Shown here: positions 52,301 to 64,000 of the stretch, in pieces
Layout: each line of letters opens with the position of its first letter
How positions within the stretch are numbered: the stretch's first letter is position 1
Source of the DNA: Chiloscyllium plagiosum
Taxonomy: Eukaryota
Assembly (NCBI RefSeq): GCF_004010195.1
Contig: NC_057749.1
Span: forward strand, 26,828,949 to 26,892,948
Direction: 5' to 3'
Length of the DNA: 64,000 nucleotides
Program-made: the position numbers and the translations under genes
The notes under the pieces: model-generated
What the model was told of the DNA's origin: nothing
Seen by the model: only the letters and a program-made list of their open reading frames with translations
The model's database searches: none

Positions 52301-53949
52301 TAATTTTCTTATGGGATGTCAGTGTCACTGGCTAGCCAGCATTTATTGCCCATCACTACTTGCCCTTGAGGAGATGGTGGAGAGTTGCCTTCTTGAACCA
52401 CTACAGTTAACCTGCTAGTAGTTCACACACAGTGCCATTAGAGAAGGCAATCCAGGATTTTGACCTAGCAACTGTGAAGGATCAGCAATAATATACTTCC
52501 AAGTCAGGATAATGAGTGGCTTTGATGGGAAGTTGAAAGTGATGGCATTCTCACATATCTGCTGCCCTTGTCCTTCTAGATGGAAGTGATTATGAGTCTG
52601 GAAGGTGCTGTCTGGGAATCTTTGGTACATTTCTGCAGTGCATCTCATAGATAAAACACGCTGTTGCTACTGAGTGTTACTGGAGGAAATGGATATTTGT
52701 GGATGCAGTGCCAATCAAGCTGGCTGCTTTGTCCCAGATGGTGTTAAGCTTCTTGACTGTTGTTGGAGCTGCCCTCATCCAGGCAATGTGGGGAGTTTTC
52801 CATCATACTCCTGACTTGTGCCTTGTCGATGGTGAAAGGCTTGGGGGAGTCAGATATTGAGTTACTCACCACATTATTCCTAGGCTCTGACCTGCTCTTG
52901 TAGCCACCGTATTTATGTGGTGAGTCCAGTTGAGTTTCTGGTCAATGGTAACCCCCAGGTTGTTGATAGTGGGGTATTCAGTGACTGTAACACTATTGTA
53001 TGTCAAGGGGTGGTGGTTAGATTGTCTCTTATGGGTCATGGTCATAACCTGGCATGTGTGGCACGAATGTTACTTGCCACTGGTCAGCCCAAGCCTGGAT
53101 ATTGTCCAGATCTTGTTGCATTTTGTCCGGATTAAACTCCATCTGCCATTTCTCTGCCCAAATCTGCAACCTAAATATATTCTTTGACAATCCTCCTCAC
53201 GCTCTGCAACTCTGCCAATTTTGGTATCATCCGCAAACTTAATTAGACCACCTACATTTTTGTGCAGATCATTTACATATATTACAAACAACTTATTTTA
53301 TTGACCAGCCTCCAGCAGCATTTAAGACTGATGGTTAGGCTTAATACAACTATGCAGAGCATATACAATTCAAATCCTCACCATTCTTCGCTGGATTCCT
53401 CATGTAAGGTTCTACAATGATGTGGAGGTGAAGTGATTTCACCTGACGAAGGAGCAGCACTCCAAAAGCTTGCAATTTCAAATAAACCTGTTAGACTAGG
53501 TGTCAGGTAACTTCTGACAAGGTTCTACTGAAGGGCTTATGCCTGAAACGTCGACCCGCCTGTTCCTCGGATGCTGCCTGATCAATTGTGCTTTTCCAGC
53601 ACCATACTTTTTGACTTTTTGAAGGTTCTACAATGACATAGGTTGTCAATTTACATATCAAAGGAAATTAGTATCTTTTCCAATGGGAGCCTTGGACAAC
53701 TTAAAGTCATTCAATGCAGTATAGTACCTGGCAGATTTCTGGTGTGGGTTGACCATAACAGGTCACGTCATCAAATTCCAGTGCCTATGCCTGTTTATAG
53801 GTGCAAAACTGGCATCTTCCAGTAGGTTGATTTGCTGAAAACTATTTCTAGTTATTAATGAACATAATTGATATTTACTTTAGGAAATCTGATTAGTAAC
53901 TATGTGAATGCAGACTTAGTATAAAACAAGCCACCTCAGTTAAACCCAC

Positions 53950-54006
53950 CTCAGTTAGTAAGACATCCTTATCCGACAATAGTCTCTTGGCTTCATACAA
54001 TCGGCT
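53950..54006 (-). CDS. KASH5: Exon 2 of KASH5-like gene; SRLYEAKRLLSDKDVLLTE
   Basis: ttttgttttaaag| acceptor, GAG|gtgggt donor, 57 nt, phase 0-0. Coiled-coil character; resembles KASH5 'RQLFECEHLICQRDTILSE' (memory). Confidence 0.78.
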
Positions 54007-54451
54007 CTTTAAAACAAAAGCATTAACATTTTAGATAATCATAGTAAACTTTGTTCAACGATGTGCAGATTAGGTGGATTGGCAATGTTAAATTGCTCAT
54101 AGTGTCCAGGGATCTGTAGGTTAGGTGGATTAGCCATGTGAAATGTAAGGTGATAGGATAGGGGGGCTGAGTCTAGGTGGGATGTTTTCAGCAAAGTCAG
54201 TGTGGACTGTTTGGGCTGAATAGCCTATTTCCACACAGCAGAAATTCTGTAATTTTTTGCAGCATCATCTTGTGCCAAGAAACTGAATATCATGATAATA
54301 TGATGGTGAACTCAATTAGGTGGATAGCTGGTTGGCGATGCATACTGCCACCAACATTTGCTGCATCAGCTGATATTGTAGGAAGGACTCTCCTACTCAA
54401 CTTTTTCCCTCACCTGAGCCATCGTGACCTTCAGGTTTAACCACTAACACT

Positions 54452-55940
54452 AGAACAGTATGGATGTACTGCTGAGGTTATATAAGACTCTGGTCAGACC
54501 GCATTTGGAATATTGTGAGCAGTTTTGGCTCCACATCTAAGGAAGGATGTACTGGCATTGGAGGGGGTCCAGTGGAAATTTGCAAGAATGATCCTAAGGG
54601 GTGAAGGGCTTATCATATGAGGAATGGTTGAGGACTCAAGTATGTCTGTATGTATGAAATCTGTACTCAATGGAGTTTAGACAAATGAGGGGAGATCTGA
54701 TTCAAACTTACAGCAAACTGAGAGACTTGGACAGAGTGGCTGTGGAGAAGATGTTTCCACTAGCAGGAGAAACTCGGACCCAAGGGCACAGCCTTAGAGT
54801 GAAGGGACGACACTTTAGAACTGAGATGAGGAGATGTTCTTCAGCAAATGAGTGGTGAATCTGTGTAACTCATTGCAGCAGAGGACTGTGGAAGCCAAGT
54901 CATTCAGTGTATTTAAGAAAGAGATACATAGGTTCCTGATTAGTAAGGGGATCAAGAGTTACAGGAAGAAGACAGAAGAATGGGAATCAGAAATATACCA
55001 GTCAAAGAATACAGGAGAATATAGATAGACTGGAGATTTGGACGGAGAAGTGGTGATGGAGGTCAATCCAGGCAAATGTGAGGTGATGCATTCTGGGAAC
55101 TCTAATTCTAGAGTGAATTATACAATGAACAGAAGAGCCTTGGGAAAAGTTGATGAGCAGAGAGATCTGGGAGTTCAGATCCATTGTACCCTAAAGGTTG
55201 CTGCACAGGTGGATAGAGTGGTCAAGAAAGCATATGGTATGCTTGCCTTCATCGGACGGGTATTGAGTATAAGACCTGGCAGGTCATTTTAAAATTGTGC
55301 ATGACAGTGGTTCGGCTGCATTTAGAATACTGTGTACAGTTCTGGTTGCCATATTACCAAAAGGATGTGGACGCTTTGGAGAGGGTGCAAAGAAGGTTTA
55401 TGAGGATGTTGCCTGATATGGAAGGTGCTAGCTATGAAGAGGAGTTGAGTAGGTTAGGATTGTATTTATTAGAAAAAAGGAGATTGAGGGGGGACCTAAT
55501 TGAGGTCTACAAAATCATGAAGGGTATAGACAGGGTGGATAGAGATAAACTTTTTCCCAGGGTGAAGGATTCAATAACGAGAGGTCACGCTTTCAAGGTG
55601 AGAGGTGAAAATTTAAGGGGGATACATGCGGCAAATACTTTACACAGAGGGTAGTAGGTGCCTGGAACATGTTGCCAGCAGAGATGGTAGAAACAGGCAT
55701 GGTAGATTAATTTAAGATGTGTCTGGACAAATACATGAGTAGGTGGGGAGCAGAGAGATATAGATGCTTAGGAATTGGGCGACAGGTTTAGACAGCGGAT
55801 TTGGACCAGCTCAGGCTTGGAGGGCCAAAGGGCCTGTTCCTGGGCTGTAAATTTTCTTTGTTCTTTGTTCTATGATTGAATGGTAGAGCAGACTCAAATG
55901 GGCTGAATGGCCTAATTCTACTCTTATATCTTATGGTCTT
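54452..55940 (+). mobile_element. Nested CR1 3' fragments
   Basis: [29 protein letters not shown]; ttctttg tail at about 55855-55872. Confidence 0.85.
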
Positions 55941-56249
55941 TCTTAAATGACAGAGCAGCCCTATGATCTGGTAAGACTATCGTGGCTTTAATTCTATTTC
56001 ACTTATCGTTCTCCTGATCATTTATTGTCATTGCTTCAGCAGATAACCTGATAACACTCCAAGAAAGGTCATTAGCACCATCTCTTCAGCCTCCTGCAGT
56101 TGTTCTGCCAAAGAGCAATGGATAAAACCTTAACCCCGAGCCCAAAAACAGAAATTCAACTCATCTATTCGTAAAGGATAAACAGCAATAGTATATTTTC
56201 AATCCGACAGTCAAAAATTTGCTTTCACTTATTTAATATTGGGAAATTC

Positions 56250-59200
56250 TAAATCAGCAATCTGATTAGCTTGTCCTACAATGGATGTGCTGTCGCAGTC
56301 AATGTGGTGTCCTTCCTCATCTGTATGTAAGCATACTAGTGATAGTGAGTCATATCTTTTGATGGCTAGTTGGTGTTCATGTACCTTGGTGGCTAGTTTT
56401 CTGCCTGTTTCTCCGATGTAGTGTTTGTTACAGTACTTGCATAGTATTTTGTAAATGACATTCGTTTTGCTGGTTGTTTGTCTCAGGTCCTTTAGACTCA
56501 TTAGCCGCTGTAAATGTGTTGATAGGTTTGTGTGCTACCATGATGCCAAGGGGTCTGAGTAGTCTGGAAGTCATTTCAGAGATGTCTTTGATGTAAGGTA
56601 ATGTGGCTCGAGTTTCTGGGTGCATTGTGTCTGCTTGTTTGAGTTTTTTGTTGAGAAATCGGCAGACTGTGTTATTGGGTACCCATTCTTCCTGAATACA
56701 CTGTACAGGTATTTTTCTTCGGCATGTCATAATTCCTGGTTTGAAATTTCCATTAATTGTTGGTTCTACTGTGACATCTAGGAATGGGAGTCTGTTGTCA
56801 TTCTCTTACTCTTTTGTGAATTTTATGCCAGTAAGGATATTGTTGATGGTGTTGTAGGTTTCCTCTAATTTGTTTTGTAATCACAAAGGTGTCATCCACG
56901 TAGCGGACCCAAAGTTTGGGTTGAATCGTTGGGAGGGCTGTTTGTTCGAGTCTCTGCATTATTGCTTCTGCTAGGAACCCTGATTTTGGTGATCCGTTGA
57001 CTTGTTTGTAGGTCTGCTTATTGTGGTGGGTGTTGAGGCACAGGTCAGCAAGCAAACTTACAACCTGAACCACAAATCCTCTCAAAAATCACAAACACCT
57101 ATGAGCCCAATACACTAAAACTAGCCTGAAGATGGGAACCAATGCCATCCGACTGAGCGCCACCTGCAAATAACTGTACTTCCTGCATGAATCAGGTACT
57201 AGCAAAATGTCTAAAATACAGACCACCGCTCAGCACCCCACAAGCCAAAAGAATAGCAGAACAGGACGACTGCAGAACGTTGCGAGAAATGATTAACAAT
57301 GCCCACAATTGACTCCAGAAATACAATCGGGAAATTTTGCACCAAAAAACTTTATCTACTAACATGACAGACCATGAATGGACAGATACACTAGAACGAA
57401 CCATAAGCATCAAACAGCAACAAACACAGATAATGAAAATAGTAACCCTACTAACAGGGTAAACTGGACAAACTCACAAAAAAGGACAATACAGACAACA
57501 CAGAGGCTTGGATAAAACACCTATCAGACTAACCACTAACAGATACGGAAAAAAGCCATCCTAGTTAGAGGGTTAAACTACACCTGCAGAGATGCAGACA
57601 AAAAGGACTTCCTCACAGCATGAGAATCAATACTGAAGGACAACTGGCTCACAGAAGAAACCCAGCAGGCCATCAGACAGATAGTTGCACCAACACTAAC
57701 TGGGAAAAAGGAAACACATTCAACTCACAGGAAAGGAAAGCCCCTGAAAGCCTCAAAAAAGACAAAGACATTGTAATCCTACCTGCAAACAAAGGACGCA
57801 TAACTGTCATTCTAAACAGAACAGAGCACATTGAAAAAGCGAAGTAACTGGTTGCAGATAATGGCACTTGCCAAGAGATGGCAATAGACCCAAACCCCCT
57901 ACACACACACACACACACAAAACCGTTTTACATCCAAATTGAAAAGGCTTCAGAAATCAGGTCAATTAAACAGATTTCCAAAAAATGAAATAGGATCCAA
58001 CACAACCCACTTCTACAGAATCCCTACGGTAAACAACGCAGGACCCCCCCCCCCCCCCAACCTTTCAGACCCATAGTCTCACTACTTGGAACACTGACAT
58101 ACAGACTAGCCAAAGAACTCCACCAGAAACTGAAATACCTAGTAGAAGACTCATGCCACTCCATTCACTCCATCCAGGAATTCATGAACACCATCAAATA
58201 CACCAAGATAGAAGAGGATGAAACAATGCTCTCCTTTAACGTAACAGTCCTGATCACATCAATTAACATCAAGCTGGCCAAAATAAACACTGACTGCACT
58301 ACTGGAGGTACCAAGGACACAAACACCAGACAGCACCAACTTCATCAGCAAAGACACCATCCTCAATGTTAGCAGATCTGTACCTCACCAAACACTTCAC
58401 ATTCAATAAGAAGACCTACAAACAAATCAATGGATCACCCATGGGATCACCAAAATCAGGGTTCCGAGCAGAAGCAGTAATGTAGAGACTTGAACAAACA
58501 GCCCTCCCAACTATCCAACCCAAACTTTGGGTCCGCTACATGGATGACACCTTTGTGATTAAAAAATGAAACAATTTAGAGGAAACCTACAATGCCATCA
58601 ATAATATCCTTACTGGCATAAAATTCACAAAAGAGGAGGAGAATGACAACAGACTCCCATTCCTAGATGTCATAGTAGAACAAATAGTTAATGGAAACTT
58701 CAAACTAGCATCTACAGGAAAACAACAAACACAGACCAAATATTTAACTACAGAAACAATCATCCCATCATCCACAAATGGAGCCGCATCAAGATATTTT
58801 TTCGATGAGCCACAGCACACTGCAAACTACAAACGGCCAAAGGAAAATATCTATATAGCGTATTCAGGAAGAATGGCTACCCAGTAAACACAGTCTGCCG
58901 ATTTCTCAACAAAAACACCCAAACAATCAGACACAATGCACCCAAAAACTCTAGCCACATTACCTTACATTACCTCACTGTAGCACACAAACCGACTAAC
59001 ACAGAGCGGCTAATGAACCTAAAGGACCCGAGATAAACAACCAGCAAAACGAATGTCATTTACAAAATACCATGAGAGGACTGTAACAAACACTACAACA
59101 AACAAACAGGCAGAACACTAGCCACCAAGATACATGGACACCAACTTGCCATCAAAAGACATGACCCACTATCACTAGTATCCTTACATACAGATGAGGA

Positions 59201-59535
59201 AGGACACCACATTGACTGGGACAACATGTCCATTGTAGGACAAGCTAAACAGAGACATGCATGGGAATTTCTAGAGGCCTGGCGTTCTAACCAGAACTCC
59301 ATCTATAAACACATTGATTTAGACCCCATCTTTTTCTGAGAAAAAGAACCGGAAATAATATCACCACCTTGAGAAACCAAGACACATAAACAGAAAGTAG
59401 GATGTAACACCAGCACTTCACTGGAGTCTCACTGATGATGTTAACTATTATGGTGACAAAATGTCTGAAAACCTTCCAGCTCAACGAGCAAACTTACAAG
59501 CTGAACCTCAACCTGAGCTACAAATCTTCTCAAAG
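56250..59535 (+). mobile_element. Poseidon-type PLE: decayed near full-length copy (57050-59535, +) preceded by an inverted internal fragment (56250-57050, -)
   Basis: IVILPANKGRITVILN, FRPIVS, MLSFNVTVL, QINGSPMGSPKSG, WVRYMDDTFV, GIY-YIG NVIYKI.C..C..HYIGETGR; terminal motif gcaaacttacaa.ctgaacc at both ends of the plus copy. Confidence 0.9.
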
Positions 59536-60489
59536 GCATCGTGGGACTTCTGGTGCGATTCTACCACAAATCTTTTCAAAGATTTGTGGTGGAATCGCAC
59601 CAGAAGAGCCACAAGGCCTTTCTTGATGTCAGCAGCATCTCCTGCCTTCTTTTATGCATTTGCCCAGCAATGTGTGTCTCTTCAAGTAGTGGTGAATTGT
59701 CAATAAAGAGGAATTTATAGCTTGTTCAATGTATTATTAATGCCAGAAACCACCTAACGAATATTCAGCTTCCTATCTGACCAAACATACTGAACACGCT
59801 AGACATCAAGAGTTTTCGACATGGAAGCCAGCATGGATACTTGGCAACTTCAGTTGGCCATTTACTCCAAAAGACTTTCAAGTTGGAGAGCTTTAAAAGT
59901 TGGCACAGTGCCAGGCATGTCATTCAACTCAGTGCGTGTCGAGTTGTTCTGGGAATGGTGCATAGTAAGATGGAACTGGAATTGGATGTGAAGGACACCA
60001 TAGTAGTGGGCTAGGTAGTTAATAAGCTGAATTTGGTAACATACAGCAAGAAAACGTGATAGGCCCAGTGGTGAAAAACCTCTAAAAAAACGAAATTAAG
60101 TTCTAACTTAACCAAAACAAAATTTTTACCTGCTGCAGTTGTTGGCCTCAGCCAATGCAGCTCAATAGGGAAGATGAATAAAACACATTAATGAGGGTTT
60201 CCACTCACAGCTGCTACACTCAGCAATCATTGTTAGAATGCCAAATAGTTAATCAACAGGTTCTTATCGGATCAGATTTTACTTTGATATCTTCATAGTG
60301 AAAACATGCAGAGCATCACTATCAAGCACAGTCCTATTTTTACCAAATGTTTATATTTCTGGTGAAAACAGCAGCAGACCCTGAAGTGAAATGGCATGGA
60401 TATGGTAATAACTTGCTGCACCAAAAAAACTCATTCTTAGAAACTGTCAGAATTCTTTTTTGCATTTATCTAACACTGTAGTGACATAC

Positions 60490-60567
60490 CTTCAGCTCAA
60501 CCTTCTCTGATATCAGTTCTTCATTTCTCCAGTGTGCATAGTCTTTCTCAGCTATTAGTTTTCCATT
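60490..60567 (-). CDS. KASH5: Internal exon 1 (in window) of KASH5/CCDC155-like coiled-coil protein; NGKLIAEKDYAHWRNEELISEKVELK
   Basis: Pyrimidine tract+cag acceptor, AAG|gtatgt donor, 78 nt, phase 0-0, open. Peptide resembles human KASH5 'ENGKLLAERD...ELAMEKDTLK' as recalled from memory. The long IRAG2/LRMP paralogue is not excluded. Confidence 0.8.
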
Positions 60568-61751
60568 CTGCATTGGATGGAAGAAAAGTGAAACCTTACA
60601 TTTTTAATATACCAATATTCTACTAAATTTCAACCTTAAATCCATCAGATATCCTTTTTAAAAATGATTCTATTTTTTCCCCCAACAAATCACCTATGGT
60701 ATATTCTTTTCATCCGTTAACCACCAGCAGTAAATCATATGTGTTTACCAATTGAATAATTTACACGCAAAGCCTGTTAACGGATTTGCCATCAAAGATG
60801 GAGAGATAGGGAGAGGGGGAAGACAATTAAATCAAAATGGATTTGGAAGGGGAGAAAAAACACTCCACACCCTGCAAAATTATCATATTTTATTTAAAAG
60901 GGATGGGAAACAGAGAGAAGTGATTAATGGATGTTTTTTTTTCAAACTGGGGCAACAGTTGCAGCAGAGTTATCCAGGAGTCAGTGTTGGCACTCTTTCT
61001 TTTTCCTGATTATATAATAAGCAGAACTTCAGAAACAGGGCATAGTTTCAAAATTTATACATGATTCAATACTTGGAGGCACTGTGAACTGTGAAGATAG
61101 TGTAGTACTTCAAAATGGGGTGAAATGCACTGACAAATGGCAAATAAAGTTACATATAAAGAGGAGCAGAAGTCCACTCAGTGTCTAAAGCTTGCTCCGT
61201 CATTCAATAAGATCTTGGCTGATCTGATTAATCCACAGTCCCAGCTGCCCTGATAAAATTTCATCTCCCTTACTAATCAAGAATCTATTTACCATTTCCT
61301 TCAGGTTCAGTAAGGAGTTGTCCAAAATGATTCATCTTGGTTGGAAAAACACAAAGACACAGTATTAAACAAAGGAAGTGAGTGAGCAGAGAAACCTGGG
61401 TGTGTATGTGCATCAGTCATTGAAGGTGGCAGAAGTTGAGAGCACAATTGATAAAACATAGACTATCCTAGGCTCTATTACTTGGGGTTTAGTATACTGA
61501 GTCGACCTCAACTGAAGTACAATGTTTAATTCTGAGCACCATACTTTCAGAAAGACAGGAGGGCATCAGAGGGAATGCTGAAAAGGTTCATCATAATGGA
61601 ACCAGGAATAACAGTTAGATGATTATAAAAATAGAAAGAAAGGCAGGACTGTTTTATTAATGAAGTCTGAGAGAAAAATTGAGAGGTATTAAAAATTGCA
61701 AAGGGTTAGGATTGGGTAGATCAGGATTAACTGCTGCTGTGTTACCATAGT

Positions 61752-62183
61752 CAATAGACAATAGGTGCAGGAGTAGGCCATTCAGCCCTTTGAGCCTGCA
61801 CCGCCATTCAATATAATCATGGCTGATCATTCCTAATCAGTATCCTGTTCCTGCCTTATCTCCATAACCCTTGATTCCACTATCTTTGAGAGCTCTATCC
61901 AACTCCTTCTTAAATGAATCCAGGGAGTGGGCCTCCACTGCCCCCTGTGGCAGAGCATTCCACACAGCCACCACTCTCTGGGTGAAGAAGTTTCTCCTGA
62001 GCTCTGTCCTAAATGGTCTACCCCGTATTTTTAAGCTGTGTCCTCTGGTTCGGCACTCACCCATCAGTGGAAATATGTTTCCTACTGCCAGAGTGTCCAA
62101 TCCTTTCATAATCTTATACGTCTCAATCAGATCTCCTCTCAATCTTCGAAACTCAAGGGTATACAAGCCCAGTCGCTTCAGTC
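61752..62183 (-). mobile_element. Young CR1 3' end
   Basis: ORF 61837..62166 YTLEFRRLRGDLIETYKI...FFTQRVVAVWNALP. Confidence 0.9.
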
Positions 62184-62650
62184 TTACCAGACCATAGGAC
62201 TGCTGTCTTATTAGAGAGAGGAGACTGGTGGTGATTTAACCTCAGGGCCACCAGATCTCAGGTGAGGGAAGAGGTTGAAAAGATCTTCATGGTACCTTCA
62301 TGGTAACCTCAAACCAGTGAAAGGAATTGAACCCACACTGTTGGCATCACTGTGCTATACAAACCAACAATCCAGCCAACTGAGTTAAATCAATTTCCAG
62401 ATTAACTGTACTCACTGGAAGAAGAAGCAAAAATGAAAGAGCATAGATTATGTAATTGGCAAAAGAAGCATAAGGTAAACATGTGAAAAAACTTCACACA
62501 GTAAGAGTTAGTGTCTAGAAGATGCTGCCTGAGTTTGTGGTGGTAGCAGATTAAATCAAGGAATTCAAAAGAGTATTCAACTGCTTTCTGAAAAGGAAGA
62601 GAAAGGGAGAAAGTAGGAAAAGTATCACTGAATTGTTCATTGTGGGAAGT

Positions 62651-62743
62651 GTCAAGATTAGAGTAGTGCTGGAAAAGCACAGCAGGTCAGGCAGCATCCA
62701 AAAAGCAAGAAAATCGACTTTTCGGGCAAAAGCCCTTCTTCAG
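62651..62743 (-). mobile_element. PLE terminus with hammerhead-like motif
   Basis: Minus strand CTGAAGA-a-GGGC-tttt-GCCC-GAAAAGTC, same family as 3073-3202. Confidence 0.75.
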
Positions 62744-62787
62744 GGGCTTATTAACCTGGGCCAATCAGGGATCTCTGGCTGACAGAC

Positions 62788-63862
62788 ATAAACAGGAGCC
62801 CTACTGGGGCGGGCTGCCCCAGAGATGGTCGGAAGGTGCTGAGGGTGGTTAGTGAAGCCGGAAGGTGGGTAGGCCGTCCTGACCACTGTCACCCCTGGTG
62901 GGCTGTCCTAGAGGTGGTCGAAAGGTGTGTCAGGGCGGACCGAGAACTGGAAGGGGCATGGGGTGGACCGAGAACCGGAAGGTGGGTAGGGGCGGGCTTC
63001 CTTAGTGGTCGGAAGGTGGGAGGGGTGGGGGCTTGCTGAGTCTGTATTGTCTGCACTTTTGTATGTAACAGTACTGTGTAATGTACAACTGTCATTGCTG
63101 TTGTCTCTTTATATCTTTATGTGAAACTGGGATTTGAGGTTAGTCCTCATGTTCCTGTAAACTGTTTGAACGGGAGGGTTTGGGGCCTGGCTTTGCTGCT
63201 CCTCTCCCTTGTAAAATTGCTGTCTCTTGTATGCAGCTGTAAATGTAACTGTTTGTTGTAAACTGTTTTTGTAATTTGTTTAATAAAATAAAATATAAGT
63301 AGAAGCTCAAAAAATAAATAAATAAATAAACAGGAGCCCTGCCCTTTGATGTGAAGGGCAATATTTGTCACTGGCCACCCGGGTGTTTTCCTATCTTCCT
63401 GGTGGTGGAACTTGAATAAAGATTCGTGTGTCTCACACCTGCACACACACACACACCATGGGTGCTGGGGGGAAAAAATAAGCACTACTGCACCTAGGTG
63501 GTAGTGTGGGGGTTAAAAAAAAAGGGAGAAAAAAGAATATATAAATAGTAATTTAAAAAAAAGAAATAAAAAAATAAATAAACAGGAGCCTAAGGGCAGT
63601 GTTTGTCACTGGCCACCCGGGTATTTTCCTGTCTTCCTGGTGGTGGAAATTGAATAAAGATTCGTACACCTTGTGTCTCTCACTATGTCTCACACCTACA
63701 CACACACACCATGGGTGCTGGGGAAAAAATAAGCACTACTGCAGTTAGGCGGTAGTGTGGGGGTTAAAGGGAAAAAAAAGAAAAAATTTTTTTAAAAAAT
63801 AAACAGGAGCCTGCCCCCCACTTCACTGTTTGATCACACAGCATTGCCCTTTGATGTGAAGG
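62788..63862 (+). repeat. Tandem stack of A-tailed inserts, each preceded by ATAAACAGGAGCC
   Basis: Motif starts at 62788, 63326, 63578 and 63799; units 2-4 are homologous with different 5' start points. Confidence 0.85.
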
Positions 63863-64000
63863 AGAAAGTGAGGTCTGCAGACATGGATACAAGACCAAGT
63901 CAGATGTTGGAAATCCTGCAATGAGTGACTCTTCTCCTGACTCTCCAAAGCCTGCAGTCTTCTTCTTGCCCTCTCCGCCTCCACCCTACTCCGACCTATC

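Noticed and set aside
60130..60160. Possible 31-nt micro-exon with gtaaaa donor
   Set aside because: Rare GAG acceptor, and inclusion would shift the frame.
62788..63862. CRISPR-like repeat-spacer array
   Set aside because: Vertebrate context; the repeats are only 13-15 bp; the spacers are 200-520 bp, mutually homologous and A-tailed; no cas genes.

Overview
This is eukaryotic (vertebrate) genomic DNA, most likely from an elasmobranch (shark), inferred from HE1-type SINEs and CR1-dominated repeat content. Most of the window is intronic and filled with retroelement fragments: many CR1 LINEs, Penelope-like elements (PLEs) with minimal hammerhead-ribozyme motifs, an L1-clade element, a Tx1-like remnant, tRNA-derived SINEs, a probable solo LTR, a Tigger/pogo DNA transposon and a Tigger-type MITE. 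There are two N gaps (8817-9179, 32839-33234). Reading the minus strand by hand gives eight GT-AG exons (60567 down to 10399) whose splice phases join into one open frame. The product is a coiled-coil protein resembling KASH5/CCDC155 (KASH5/IRAG2-LRMP family); the start of the gene lies beyond the window and no convincing last exon was found inside it. The most unusual structures are: a stack of A-tailed, variably 5'-truncated inserts each preceded by the same motif ATAAACAGGAGCC, suggesting target-specific retrotransposition (62788-63862); short hammerhead-bearing PLE termini inserted with long target-site duplications, including a perfect 76-bp palindrome; and a head-to-head double CR1 insertion. 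Repeat boundaries are approximate by-eye calls; exon boundaries were counted to the base.
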